DNA of 64,000 bases from Chloroflexota bacterium (GTDB taxonomy: Bacteria > Chloroflexota > Anaerolineae > Anaerolineales > Anaerolineaceae). This document shows, piece by piece, positions 28,250 to 38,593 of this stretch. The notes below the pieces were generated by a model. The model saw only the letters and a program-made list of their open reading frames with translations. It was not told the DNA's origin and searched no databases. Where the stretch lies: positions 10,100 to 74,099 of the forward strand of contig WOUT01000002.1 in NCBI GenBank assembly GCA_009773005.1, written 5' to 3'. The translations under genes were made by a program, and so were the position numbers. Positions within the stretch are counted from its first letter, which is position 1. Every line of letters begins with the position of its first letter.

Positions 28250-28811
28250 ATAGACCGGCATCCACTTCCCTTAGATCCAGTCCTTCGATGATAACCATTT
28301 CTGACTTTAAGAGAACTTCATGTGTCGGCCGGCTCATTTTATAGGGTGCAATTGATAGGTAGTCAATGCCAACCAATTTGAAACCCTTTTTAACCAATAC
28401 CTCTGCGCCATCCTGCGTGATTCCTACAAACTGCGTCTGAAATGAATCATCTGCCGACCCCCAATACCTTGAGTTCATTGTTTTGAAAATTATCCGTTCA
28501 ACATTCGGGAAAAACTTAACTGAAGATAAGACTTCCGCGTCAATTACCTTTGCGTTTTCCGCAATTTCGACCACCTGAACTGGACCGACCAGCATATCCA
28601 ATGGCATTTCATCGACTTTGGAACCTTCGGTTAAAAAATGATACGGAGCATCCACGTGCGTCCCTGTATGAACGCTCATACTTAGGAAGGAAACGTTTGC
28701 GTTCGCACCATCTTCAATCTTTGCCATGCGCATCAACTCAACCTTATCGTCTCCTGGCCAAACCGGCATGCCCTTACGGATCGTTAAAGAAACATCAAAA
28801 ATTTTCATCAT
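28173..28811 (-). CDS. Cyclase family protein (kynurenine formamidase-like)
   Basis: 212 aa. Contains HTGTHVDAPYHF (HxGTHxDxPxH). Confidence 0.8.
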   Translation of the reverse strand: MMKIFDVSLTIRKGMPVWPGDDKVELMRMAKIEDGANANVSFLSMSVHTGTHVDAPYHFLTEGSKVDEMPLDMLVGPVQVVEIAENAKVIDAEVLSSVKFFPNVERIIFKTMNSRYWGSADDSFQTQFVGITQDGAEVLVKKGFKLVGIDYLSIAPYKMSRPTHEVLLKSEMVIIEGLDLREVDAGLFTLFCLPLKLENADGAPARVILIQD

Positions 28812-30475
28812 TACCTCAATTTACTTGCCTTGAAAATATCATTTAGCAGTTCGTTACGCTCGCCTTCAGTCATCGGGGTTGGGCGTGACCAATCCACCAA
28901 CTTCGCTGTAAGCAATTCGGTGTTGATATACTTGCCATCATAAATGATGTGCCGGTCGATGAACTCTCGAATATTTTCTGGTTCCATCTGATCAAAAATG
29001 AAATTTCCCAATCCGTAGTGGATCAAGCTGTTACCCACAAAATCAAATCCCATTGGAATATGCGCCTGTGAACCTTGCACAATATCTGCGCCGGATTGCG
29101 CCGCGATTTTGAAATCAGTCCGGTAGAACTCGTCATACATATAAGCATCAATTTCCTGGAACTGAAAGGTCGCGATGACGATATAACCTTCCGACTTTAA
29201 TTGGCTGATTTGTTGATTGTAGTACTCCAAATTGCATTCCGCAGCTCCCGGTGCGTCCGCGGTTGCCCAGGCGCTCGTAAATCCTACCGGGTTGCAACCG
29301 ATAAATGCAATCTTGTTTCCGTGCTTTTCAACCCGGATCGGCGCTTGAGCAACAGCCTGATTCACCCCACCTCCAAACACCAACCACCCTCTCTCTCGAT
29401 ACATTTCCAATGTTTTCGCAAAGTTTTCTGTTCCGTAATCATTCAGGTGATTCCCGGTTGACTCAACAATATTTACACCAAGATTTTCGAGTACTTTTAT
29501 CTGGTCAACCTTGGAACAAAAACGCATCGTGACGGGGCTCAAGTCCGGGCAGTTCTCACCAAAGGAAACTTCATTGCTGACATGCCGCAAATCCGCGCTG
29601 AGGAACCAATCTTTGACCAACGCAACCGGGTAATCATATCCATAATTCTCGATTTTTCGGGTTGTAACCCGGGTTATAGCAGTCGTACCAGTCATCACAA
29701 TTACTGTCATTTTTGATTCATCGCGATTGGTTACTGGAATTGTAGAGAGTATTTGGTTTATATAGTTATGAACCACAGTATCAATGGTTTCTTTGCTAGT
29801 TAACGAATAGGTAACCGAAAGCATGTAATTTTTGATGTCCATCGGACGATCAAGAGGACTAATGCCATCAACCCTTAGAATTTTAAGTTTGGGTTCTATA
29901 TCTTCAAATGGGATGAGCGCAAGGGCGTCCTTAAACTTCCAAACCTCGGTAACCAATTCTTCTTTCGATACGACATATATTGAATTTTTATTTGGATCTC
30001 CCCATAACTCCACAAAGGTTCGCTTCGTTGATTCGGTTATGAAGAGTCTGGAATATTCACTATCAGCTAACGCGTTCCCTTCCCAGATTGCGTTTATTGT
30101 AGAAAGCGAGATCTCATCGGCTATTGTAGGAAAAGGCACGCCGATAGCAAATATACGGTTAATTGCTCCATAGACTTTTTCTTCTGTATTCACTTTCGTA
30201 ATGGATAAACTTAAAGCTGCTTCGTCTGGATTTTGCGTGGTTTGAAAATCAGCATTCTGTTGGATCCATTCTTCAGGTACGGCAGGAGACCAGTATACCT
30301 TGTAAACCAAAGGCTGAAATGGGGTTAAACTCGGAACTGCCTTTGCCTCAGTTGAAAGCAATATATCAGTCTCATTCATTTGAATCAAGGAACATGAGCT
30401 TATTAATATTGCCAGGAGCATTATGATGATAAGGTTTTTGTATTTCGAGTGCAAAATGATGTTCGTCCATTCCAT
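28811..30475 (-). CDS. CapA-like (PGA_cap metallophosphatase-fold) membrane-anchored protein, divergent
   Basis: 554 aa with an N-terminal TM helix. The C-terminal part contains GADIVQGSQAHIP and LIHYGLGNFIFDQ, which are CapA-like. The stop overlaps the cyclase start (TAATG). Confidence 0.65.
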   Translation of the reverse strand: MEWTNIILHSKYKNLIIIMLLAILISSCSLIQMNETDILLSTEAKAVPSLTPFQPLVYKVYWSPAVPEEWIQQNADFQTTQNPDEAALSLSITKVNTEEKVYGAINRIFAIGVPFPTIADEISLSTINAIWEGNALADSEYSRLFITESTKRTFVELWGDPNKNSIYVVSKEELVTEVWKFKDALALIPFEDIEPKLKILRVDGISPLDRPMDIKNYMLSVTYSLTSKETIDTVVHNYINQILSTIPVTNRDESKMTVIVMTGTTAITRVTTRKIENYGYDYPVALVKDWFLSADLRHVSNEVSFGENCPDLSPVTMRFCSKVDQIKVLENLGVNIVESTGNHLNDYGTENFAKTLEMYRERGWLVFGGGVNQAVAQAPIRVEKHGNKIAFIGCNPVGFTSAWATADAPGAAECNLEYYNQQISQLKSEGYIVIATFQFQEIDAYMYDEFYRTDFKIAAQSGADIVQGSQAHIPMGFDFVGNSLIHYGLGNFIFDQMEPENIREFIDRHIIYDGKYINTELLTAKLVDWSRPTPMTEGERNELLNDIFKASKLR

Positions 30476-30576
30476 TTTAAGATAGTCGAATTATACGCTA
30501 CTCAACCTGCAATTTGATAGTTCTTGATAGAGAACCCCGTTATAATCCTTTATGAATTTACTCGAAAGGAATAATT

Positions 30577-31731
30577 ATGCGCGAGGTTGCCGTCATCGGA
30601 ATAGGTCAAACAAAAATTGATGAGCATTGGGAAAAGTCATTACGTGAACTGGCTAGCGATGCGGCGCTTGCTGCTTTATTGGATTCAAGGCTGCAAAAAG
30701 TAGATGCCATCTATGTCGGTAATATGATGTCAGGCTCAGCCAACCATCAGCAGCACCTCGGGGTTTACGTTGCAGATTGGATCGGTATGCGCTACGCAGA
30801 AGCATTCCGGCTCGAAGCCGCATGCAGCTCAGGCGCTGCCAGTTTCAGAACCGCTGTGATGGCGGTCGCCTCCGGCCAAGTTGACACTGCCCTTGCCGTT
30901 GGCGTCGAGAAAATGACTGATTCCCCCGGCAACGAGATCACTGCGGAATTAGCCACTGCTGCAGATGCTGATTGGGAAGCCGATCAAGGGCTTTCATTCG
31001 TTGCTCTGAATGCTCTCATTATGCGCCGGTATATGCATGAATATGGTTGGAAAAAGGAAGATTTTGCTCCTTTCGCGGTGAATGCGCATGCCAACGCCAT
31101 GCATAATCCATTTGCGCGCTTTCATGAACCAACAACAATTGAAGACTATCTGAAGGCATCGATGATCGCTGATCCCATTAACTTAATGGACGCTTCAGCG
31201 ATCGGCGACGGCGCCGCTGCTGCGGTGGTCGTACCACTTGAGTTGTTCAAATCTGACAGCCATAAGATTGTTCGCGTAGCAGCATCCTCTGCTGCAACTG
31301 ATACGATCGCAATTGACCACCGCAAAAACCCCCTTTGGCTTAAAGCCGCTGCAGAATCCGGTAAAAAAGCATATGCGCAAGCGGGGATTTCCGCTGCTGA
31401 TGTTGATGTATTTGAATTGCATGACGCGTTTTCGATTATGGCGGTCTTGTCTCTCGAAGCCAATGGGTTTGCAGAACGCGGCCAAGGTCCCCGCCTGGCA
31501 TTGGATGGCGAAATCCTTCCAACCGGGCGAATCCCGATCGCGACCAGAGGCGGGCTCAAGGCTCGCGGTCATCCAGTGGGCGCCACCGGAATGTACCAGA
31601 TTGTTGAAGTGATTCAACAATTACGCGGTGAGGCATATGGGTCACTGGTAGAGGGAGCGCGGATCGGCATGTCACAAAATATCGGCGGCAGCGGATCCAA
31701 TATCATCACCCACATTTTCCAGACCCCCTAA
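30577..31731 (+). CDS. Thiolase domain protein (archaeal-type acetyl-CoA acetyltransferase-like)
   Basis: 384 aa. Contains the active-site context EAACSSGAASF and a C-terminal GHPVGATG...NIGGSG. Confidence 0.85.
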   Translation: MREVAVIGIGQTKIDEHWEKSLRELASDAALAALLDSRLQKVDAIYVGNMMSGSANHQQHLGVYVADWIGMRYAEAFRLEAACSSGAASFRTAVMAVASGQVDTALAVGVEKMTDSPGNEITAELATAADADWEADQGLSFVALNALIMRRYMHEYGWKKEDFAPFAVNAHANAMHNPFARFHEPTTIEDYLKASMIADPINLMDASAIGDGAAAAVVVPLELFKSDSHKIVRVAASSAATDTIAIDHRKNPLWLKAAAESGKKAYAQAGISAADVDVFELHDAFSIMAVLSLEANGFAERGQGPRLALDGEILPTGRIPIATRGGLKARGHPVGATGMYQIVEVIQQLRGEAYGSLVEGARIGMSQNIGGSGSNIITHIFQTP

Positions 31732-31801
31732 AAACAATCTTCAAATTTCGATTTCTTACTACGGTTTTTAATCTCTTGAAAAATATAAAGTATAGAAACT
31801 T

Positions 31802-32674
31802 TTGAAAAAGTTAACCACTCATCTGCTCAATCAATATCGCGTAAAAACGTACCGTCTCGCTCCTGAAAAGCGTTTACGAACCCCGCAAGAAGCCGTCCAA
31901 TTTGTTAATGAACGGGGATTTATCTTTTTTTGGCCTGTAAAAAACATCACCCTGCCCAGTTTATGGTCCGCAGTGGCGGGCGATCGACCAGTCCCAGATG
32001 AACATGATGACCCAGGGCACATTACCTGGAGCTGGAAGGACCAAATGCTTGACAAGAGGGTTTGGTATTACGCGCGAATTCTAAAAAAACGCAATACAAT
32101 TATCGCCCTTGATATAATGCCTTATTTTTACGCCCTATCTCCAAACTATGGATCACCTGAGGAAGACCTGCTTGATCAATACCATCAGGGACTGCTCCCG
32201 TTGGAAGCAAAATTGATATTTGAAACCCTCCTTGATAAAGGTCCGCTTGATACCATCTCGCTCCGTCGTGAATCTCACCTGTCAGGAACGAATTCTACAT
32301 CTCGCTTTACCCGCGCTCTGGATCTCCTTCAAAAAGACCTCAAAGTTCTGCCAACCGCGATTGCAGAGACAGGCGCCTGGCGGTATGCCTTTGTCTATGA
32401 TCTCACTCATCGCTATTATCCTGATCTGCTTGAGCAAGCGCGAATGATCACGGAAAGCGATGCCTGTTCTCATTTGGTCACCAGGCTTATAAATTCTGTC
32501 GGCATAGCCAGTCTCAAAGAAATTACTTCCCTCTTTGGTTGGACCACGGAAGCGACCCAAAAAGCAGTCAATCGTCTCCTGGATGCCAAATCAGTGATCG
32601 AAAAAGTATATCTTGAAAATAATGGTGAACCAGTTTTCTGCGCTTTGGAGCTTGCCAGCTCAATTCCAGTCTGA
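31802..32674 (+). CDS. Hypothetical protein, possibly winged-helix (weak YcaQ/AlkZ-like resemblance)
   Basis: 290 aa, TTG start. The only resemblance is by eye (segment AFVYDLTHRYYPDL). No catalytic motif recognised. Confidence 0.55.
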   Translation: MKKLTTHLLNQYRVKTYRLAPEKRLRTPQEAVQFVNERGFIFFWPVKNITLPSLWSAVAGDRPVPDEHDDPGHITWSWKDQMLDKRVWYYARILKKRNTIIALDIMPYFYALSPNYGSPEEDLLDQYHQGLLPLEAKLIFETLLDKGPLDTISLRRESHLSGTNSTSRFTRALDLLQKDLKVLPTAIAETGAWRYAFVYDLTHRYYPDLLEQARMITESDACSHLVTRLINSVGIASLKEITSLFGWTTEATQKAVNRLLDAKSVIEKVYLENNGEPVFCALELASSIPV

Positions 32675-32746
32675 ACCGTTAAAACCGTTTTTCACCACAG
32701 GGTTATAATTTAAGAGATAGTTATTTATAAAATTTTGGAGGTCGAA

Positions 32747-35700
32747 ATGGAATTTCACATAACCCGTTTGGCTCGTGAAAAATACGCATTCGACCAGTCC
32801 CTTTTTTCATATACTGGTAATGTCATTTTTGCAAATTTTCATGCTGTGCGATTATTTGCACAGAAAATGAATCAACAAAAAGACCTTGTTTCCTATCCAG
32901 AGCAGGCCATCAAAGCCAGCCAGTTAAATGCCATGGGGTTGATCGATGAGATCTTTCATCATGTTTTTTCACTGTATCGAAAAGAGAAAAAACTCAACGT
33001 TTTACAATCAACGCTGCAAGCCATTCAAGCCGACATCGGATCTCAAAAACTGGATTCTATTCTGGAAATCTTTATCAGCCAGTATCCTCCGCTCTCCGTT
33101 TTTAGAAAAGAAATCTCCCCTTCAACATACCTTTACGGAGATACTCAGGGTGTCAAAAACCGGGAATTACTTTTAGAAGAGCTAATTCTCTTTTGGATAT
33201 CAACCCGAAATCCAGCGCTGGATCCATTCAAAGAATTGATCATCGATCCCCTTCTGTTGAATGATTTCAGATTTGATCAAATCGTCAAATCAATAGAGGA
33301 GTATTTCAAAACACAACCAGGGTTTGGGCCTGAAAACCAGTCTCTCATTGAAATGTTGAGAGCTCCAGCCATGAATGTCCCGTACTCGATCACTGGTCAG
33401 CTCGAATTCATCCGTGAGCATTGGAGTTTTCTCTTAGGAGATTACCTCTGTCGACTTCTCACCAGCTTGGATATGATCAAGGAGGAGAACAAACTCAGCT
33501 TCATGGGGACTGGTCCTGTTGCCATCCCGCTCTACGACCGGGCTGAATTTCTAGCTGCTGGTGGCAAAGATTTTGATGTTGAGGCCTTCAGTCCGGATCG
33601 GGATTGGATGCCGCGGTTGGTCCTGCTCGCTAAAAACTCGTTCGTTTGGCTAGACCAATTATCTCAAAAATACAACCGGCCGATTACCTCTCTCGATCAA
33701 ATCCCGGATGAGGAATTAGAAACGCTCAACCGCCGGGGAATTACCGGTCTCTGGTTGATCGGTTTATGGCAGCGAAGCCCGGCTTCAGCGCGTATCAAGC
33801 AATTATGCGGCAATCCCGAGGCGATTTCCTCAGCGTATTCGTTATACTCTTACCAGATTGCGAATGATCTGGGAGGCGAACCAGCCTACGAGAGCCTGCG
33901 GGAGAAAGCCAGCGGTTACGGAATCCGTCTGGCGAGTGATATGGTCCCAAATCACATGGGCATTGACTCAGAATGGGTTGTTTATCAACCTGAACGATTT
34001 CTCTCGTTAGATCATTGTCCATTCCCTTCTTACAGCTTTACCGGTCCAGATCTTTCTTCAGACCCAAATGTTGTTATCCAGATTGAAGACCATTATTACG
34101 ACCGCACCGATGCCGCTGTTGTTTTCAAACGAATTGATAAAAACTTGGGTCAGACAAAATATATCTACCATGGAAATGATGGCACCTCCATGCCGTGGAA
34201 CGATACTGCACAATTGAACTACCTGGACCCGGCTGTGCGTGAAGCCGTTATCCAGACGATCCTTGAAGTCGCCAGAAAGTTTCCTGTTATCCGGTTTGAT
34301 GCTGCCATGACCCTCGCCAAAAAGCATTTTCAACGATTGTGGTTCCCACAGCCAGGCACGGGTGGGGCGATCCCTTCCCGATCTGAATACGCGTTAAGTT
34401 CAAATGATTTCGACAGAGCCATCCCAGTTGAGTTTTGGCGTGATGTGGTTGACCGCATCGCAAAAGAAGCTCCTGATACCCTCCTCCTGGCTGAAGCGTT
34501 TTGGCTTATGGAGACGTATTTTGTTCGAACACTTGGGATGCACCGAGTATATAACAGCGCATTCATGCACATGTTGCGAAATGAAGATAACGCTGGCTAT
34601 CGGAAGATCATAAAAAATACGATTGAGTTTGAACCGGAAATATTAAAACGCTTTGTCAACTTTATGAATAATCCAGACGAACGCACCGCCGTTGAGCAGT
34701 TTGGAAAGAGTGATAAGTACTTCGGCATTTGCACGCTTATGGCTACCTTGCCCGGATTGCCCATGTTTGGGCACGGACAAATTGAAGGGTTCTCTGAAAA
34801 ATACGGCATGGAATTCAGGCGGGCTTATCAAAAGGAACCCATTGATGAATCTCTTGTCTCGCGTCATGAATTTGAGATTTTTCCCCTGCTTCACAGGCGT
34901 GAATTATTTGCCGGCGTAGAAAATTTTTGGTTTTTTGATTTCTTTAATAACAACGGGGTTGTCGATGAAAATGTCTACGCTTTCACGAACCGGTTCAATG
35001 ATCAATCAGCCCTGGTTCTTTATAACAACAATATGCATGAAACCGAAGGGTGGATAAAAACTTCCGTTCCTCAGGCGAATCGAATCACTTCATCAAAGAA
35101 AATCTCAAAAAAAGAGATCCATAGTGTTTTAGGTCTGGCCAACACCAATAAAGGATTTCTAGTTTTCCGGGATCAAACCACCGGTTTGATTTATCTTAGA
35201 CCAATGCAAGGAATATTGAAGAATGGCTTCTTTATCCGGTTGAAAGGATATGAACACCACGCCTTTCTCGACTTCAAAGTTGTAACCCCAGATGAATGGC
35301 ATGATTATGACCGTCTTTACTCAATGATAGGAGAGAACGGTGTGACTGATATTGACCACGCCCTTTCCGAATTACTGCTGCAACCGGTGTTGCAGCCTTT
35401 CCGCGAGATCATCAATCCTGGATATTTGGAATTCTTATTCAATAATGCCACCCACCCGGAAAAACATAACTACCAGGAGACTCTCGCTGAATTCAGGAAT
35501 AAATTTACTCCATTGCTAAATGGAATCAAGAGCACAACTGGCGCAAGCGGCGACCCGATTGCGGTATCCAATGAGATGGTTTGCTTGCTAGATGCGGTTC
35601 TTAACCTGCCAAAATTCGGGGAACGTCTGGCAATTCCCGAAACCAGGCAATTGAAAAATGCAATATCTCAGCTTACAAAAGGCGCTCTGGATTCAAAATC

Positions 35701-36220
35701 CCGCTGGTTCACCCTGGCAGCTTTGGTGGTCATCAGTCCTCTCGGGAAGCTCACAGGTAGTAATGATGCTGATAACATGACATTAACATGGATGGATGAG
35801 TGGAAGCTGGTAAAAACATTTGAAGAAACACTTTATGCTTCCGGGTTTACTGAACCGGAAATCCATCAAGCTCTATTATCGTTAAGGCTGTCGGTTAAGT
35901 TCCAGAATTGGTATGAAGAGAATAAAAACTTGCCAACTTCAACCATTCTCACAAATTGGTTTTCAAATCCAGAGCTTCAAGCATATGTCAAAGTAAATCG
36001 TTACAACGACATCCTTTGGTATAACCGGGAATCCTTCAATCAACTGCTATGGTGGATGTTCATGATTCCGGTCCTGCAAGCTCAATCCAGCGGGAATGCC
36101 AACATGGTCACTACAACCGAAACGATCTTGGGAGTTTTTGAAATAATCAAAAAGTTGAAAGCGCTTGATAAAAAATCAGAATACAAAGTTGCAAAACTTA
36201 TTCGGAACATAAACAAGTAA
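32747..36220 (+). CDS. Large GH13-family alpha-amylase-type glycoside hydrolase with long N- and C-terminal extensions
   Basis: 1157 aa from the ATG at 32747, with GGAGG at 32737-32741. GH13 regions: DMVPNHMG (I), IRFDAAMTL (II), LLLAEAFW (III), FMNNPDE (IV). Confidence 0.8.
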   Translation: MEFHITRLAREKYAFDQSLFSYTGNVIFANFHAVRLFAQKMNQQKDLVSYPEQAIKASQLNAMGLIDEIFHHVFSLYRKEKKLNVLQSTLQAIQADIGSQKLDSILEIFISQYPPLSVFRKEISPSTYLYGDTQGVKNRELLLEELILFWISTRNPALDPFKELIIDPLLLNDFRFDQIVKSIEEYFKTQPGFGPENQSLIEMLRAPAMNVPYSITGQLEFIREHWSFLLGDYLCRLLTSLDMIKEENKLSFMGTGPVAIPLYDRAEFLAAGGKDFDVEAFSPDRDWMPRLVLLAKNSFVWLDQLSQKYNRPITSLDQIPDEELETLNRRGITGLWLIGLWQRSPASARIKQLCGNPEAISSAYSLYSYQIANDLGGEPAYESLREKASGYGIRLASDMVPNHMGIDSEWVVYQPERFLSLDHCPFPSYSFTGPDLSSDPNVVIQIEDHYYDRTDAAVVFKRIDKNLGQTKYIYHGNDGTSMPWNDTAQLNYLDPAVREAVIQTILEVARKFPVIRFDAAMTLAKKHFQRLWFPQPGTGGAIPSRSEYALSSNDFDRAIPVEFWRDVVDRIAKEAPDTLLLAEAFWLMETYFVRTLGMHRVYNSAFMHMLRNEDNAGYRKIIKNTIEFEPEILKRFVNFMNNPDERTAVEQFGKSDKYFGICTLMATLPGLPMFGHGQIEGFSEKYGMEFRRAYQKEPIDESLVSRHEFEIFPLLHRRELFAGVENFWFFDFFNNNGVVDENVYAFTNRFNDQSALVLYNNNMHETEGWIKTSVPQANRITSSKKISKKEIHSVLGLANTNKGFLVFRDQTTGLIYLRPMQGILKNGFFIRLKGYEHHAFLDFKVVTPDEWHDYDRLYSMIGENGVTDIDHALSELLLQPVLQPFREIINPGYLEFLFNNATHPEKHNYQETLAEFRNKFTPLLNGIKSTTGASGDPIAVSNEMVCLLDAVLNLPKFGERLAIPETRQLKNAISQLTKGALDSKSRWFTLAALVVISPLGKLTGSNDADNMTLTWMDEWKLVKTFEETLYASGFTEPEIHQALLSLRLSVKFQNWYEENKNLPTSTILTNWFSNPELQAYVKVNRYNDILWYNRESFNQLLWWMFMIPVLQAQSSGNANMVTTTETILGVFEIIKKLKALDKKSEYKVAKLIRNINK

Positions 36221-36227
36221 GTAAAAT

Positions 36228-37622
36228 TCAATTTTCAAATCGTTTGAGAGCATCATTGAAAACTTGGCTCGCTGTAAGCCCTGTCCTCCAGCTTCTTGCC
36301 TTGTCAAGGGCAGGAATGGCGCTGGGCGCGAGATCGACGCCGCTAGCCAATCTTGTAAGCCAGATTGCATGAGCTGCATAAATGACATTATTCTTCGGTT
36401 CGATGCGATCAAAATCCTCAAAAAACCAACCGCAAGAAGTAAACATTCTTTGACGCTCTACTTGAGCCTGAAGCATTGATCGTATTTTGGCCGAGTCTGC
36501 CGCCGACGCCGGATAATGTGTCTTATTCATTAGCCAATCAGAGTATTTTTGCTCGCCAAGGATTACTTCAATAAACCTGTCTCGAGATTCCCAAGGATTC
36601 TTAAGTATTTCTTGACAGGATTCAAAATAAATTTGGTCAATTCCCCTTGAAAGTTGATTCAAGGCTTCCCTTAACGGTTTCTTCCATTCACTGTTCAATG
36701 TACAAGAGCATACTCCACGCCATCTCTCCACTCCGTGATGGCAGCTCCAGGAAGTATTCTCTTTTATTTTGACCAAGGGGATCACTTTTTGTTTTTGCAA
36801 TTGAAGCGCTGGAAATGAAAATTCGATATTCTGACAAGACAAGGAGCCGTTCAGAAGATAAGATAAAAACTTATCGCGATAAGTTTGGTGGTGGCCGTAT
36901 AATTCACCATCAGAAGCCACCAATAACATCTGGTCTTCTCCCCTGGTAGAAAACTCACCTTTTACATACTCTCGAATGAACTGGTCTGCATTTTCAGTAG
37001 AACAAGGATCAAAACTTATCCTCGAACTGATACCGCTGTGGTAGAAAAAAACCTTTATTGATTTATGGTTAGGTAATAAAACCTGGTAGGCTTTTCTTGG
37101 ATTTACTTCGTGGACATCCGCTTGCCACGGCGCCAGGATAGTGAATTCTATTCCATTATCAACCAGCAGTTCCAGCGTTTCCATATCCACCGCTGTCTCT
37201 GGCAGCCACATTCCTTGAGGTTTCCGATTGAATGTGATTTCAAAATCGCGGATTCCCCACTGTATTTGAGTTTGTTTGTCTCTGCGAATCGCTAATGGGA
37301 GAATCGTGTGGTTGTAACCTTGCGCGATGGCATTACCAACCCCGTATCGCTCATAATTTTCATGGTCAGCTTGAACGATTTGGGTTAGCACTTCTGGGTG
37401 AGCATCTTTCAACCAATGAATTAATGTAGGACCCAGGTTAAAACTGATCTTGTTGAAATTTCCAAGTTCAGCATTCGGTTTATAGCAAGTCTCATAAATC
37501 CGTTCATTCCAGTTACTGAATGGCAAAGCCCCCGGTTCATGGGGAATGATCCCGGTAAATGGGTCTTCGCGAGGGGGCTGGTAAAAGTGCGCATGAACGC
37601 ACAGGCTTTGATGCTGTGCCAT
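36228..37622 (-). CDS. GH57-family glycoside hydrolase with a DUF3536-type C-terminal half
   Basis: 464 aa. Contains CVHAHFYQPPRED and FGNFNKISFNLGPTL, typical of the GH57 N-terminus. Convergent with the GH13 gene across a 7-nt gap. Confidence 0.8.
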   Translation of the reverse strand: MAQHQSLCVHAHFYQPPREDPFTGIIPHEPGALPFSNWNERIYETCYKPNAELGNFNKISFNLGPTLIHWLKDAHPEVLTQIVQADHENYERYGVGNAIAQGYNHTILPLAIRRDKQTQIQWGIRDFEITFNRKPQGMWLPETAVDMETLELLVDNGIEFTILAPWQADVHEVNPRKAYQVLLPNHKSIKVFFYHSGISSRISFDPCSTENADQFIREYVKGEFSTRGEDQMLLVASDGELYGHHQTYRDKFLSYLLNGSLSCQNIEFSFPALQLQKQKVIPLVKIKENTSWSCHHGVERWRGVCSCTLNSEWKKPLREALNQLSRGIDQIYFESCQEILKNPWESRDRFIEVILGEQKYSDWLMNKTHYPASAADSAKIRSMLQAQVERQRMFTSCGWFFEDFDRIEPKNNVIYAAHAIWLTRLASGVDLAPSAIPALDKARSWRTGLTASQVFNDALKRFEN

Positions 37623-37634
37623 TGGGTTTTTGGG

Positions 37635-38543
37635 TTATTTCCTTTTCGATTTCTCAGGGATTAGATAGTCTAGGTGCTGGTGAAAACGTGCGGGCATAAT
37701 TCCAAATTCTCTTGGCAGGCTATCCAAATTTGCGGTACGGTCTTCAGCAAGATGATCGAGCCAGAAGATAGATATCGGAAAGCTGGGAATTATTTGATCG
37801 ACCCACAAAGTTAAGTAACGTAGATATGCTGCTGAGACAGGGATTATAATGCGTTTCGTCCCAATTTTATTCATTACTAACCTTACAATTTCTTTATAGG
37901 GCAAAGCTTCCATACCTCCAATGGAATAAATGCGGTTAATTGCTTTTGGATCTTCCATCACCAGGGACAATATATTAATCAAGTCATCAATCCAAAGTGG
38001 CTGCAGCAAAACATGACCTTTTCCGGGCATGAGAAAAATGAGCGGGGATAATTTGATTAGTTTAATGAGCGGAATTGTAAATTGGTCTCCCGGACCAAAC
38101 ACAGAACCTGTGCGAATAATGGTGTAAGCGATTCCACTGTTAATGATCCAGTTTTCTGCAATAGCTTTCGCTTTTAGAACCGGATATGCTGAAGCCCTGG
38201 CAGCGCCATGATGGCTGAGATAATATATTCTCTCAATTTTCGTATCTTGGGCAGCACGCATCAAGGTAGATGTACTTTCTACATCTACTACATTAAGATT
38301 CCCCCTGCTTCCCTTTCGTTCGGCGCCCGCCAAATGAAAAACCTGATTGACATCTTTCAATGCGGCCCGAACGCCTCGTAGATCAGTCAGACTGCTCACC
38401 GCGACTTCGACGGGTAATCCTTTGGGGAAATTGGGGGATTCGATCGACGGTTTTAGAAGGATTCGAACCCGTTTTCCGGATTCCACCAAAGACTTAATGA
38501 GATTTCTCCCAATAAAACCAGTACCGCCAGTCACTAAGATCAT
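37635..38543 (-). CDS. NAD(P)-binding SDR/epimerase family protein (NDUFA9-like)
   Basis: 302 aa. Contains the MILVTGGTGFIGRNL Rossmann motif. Confidence 0.8.
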   Translation of the reverse strand: MILVTGGTGFIGRNLIKSLVESGKRVRILLKPSIESPNFPKGLPVEVAVSSLTDLRGVRAALKDVNQVFHLAGAERKGSRGNLNVVDVESTSTLMRAAQDTKIERIYYLSHHGAARASAYPVLKAKAIAENWIINSGIAYTIIRTGSVFGPGDQFTIPLIKLIKLSPLIFLMPGKGHVLLQPLWIDDLINILSLVMEDPKAINRIYSIGGMEALPYKEIVRLVMNKIGTKRIIIPVSAAYLRYLTLWVDQIIPSFPISIFWLDHLAEDRTANLDSLPREFGIMPARFHQHLDYLIPEKSKRK

Positions 38544-38593
38544 TGTTTGAAATTATAGCAGACGTTTTTATCATTCCTGACTTTTAATTTGGC

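Noticed and set aside
31146-31620. 137-aa and 141-aa minus-strand ORFs plus a 99-aa plus-strand ORF inside the thiolase gene
   Set aside because: These are alternative-frame or antisense shadows of a well-supported thiolase CDS in a locally GC-richer segment.
38459-38470. tRNA T-arm-like string ggattcgaaccc
   Set aside because: It lies inside the SDR/epimerase CDS on the opposite strand, and no acceptor or anticodon arms can be drawn around it.
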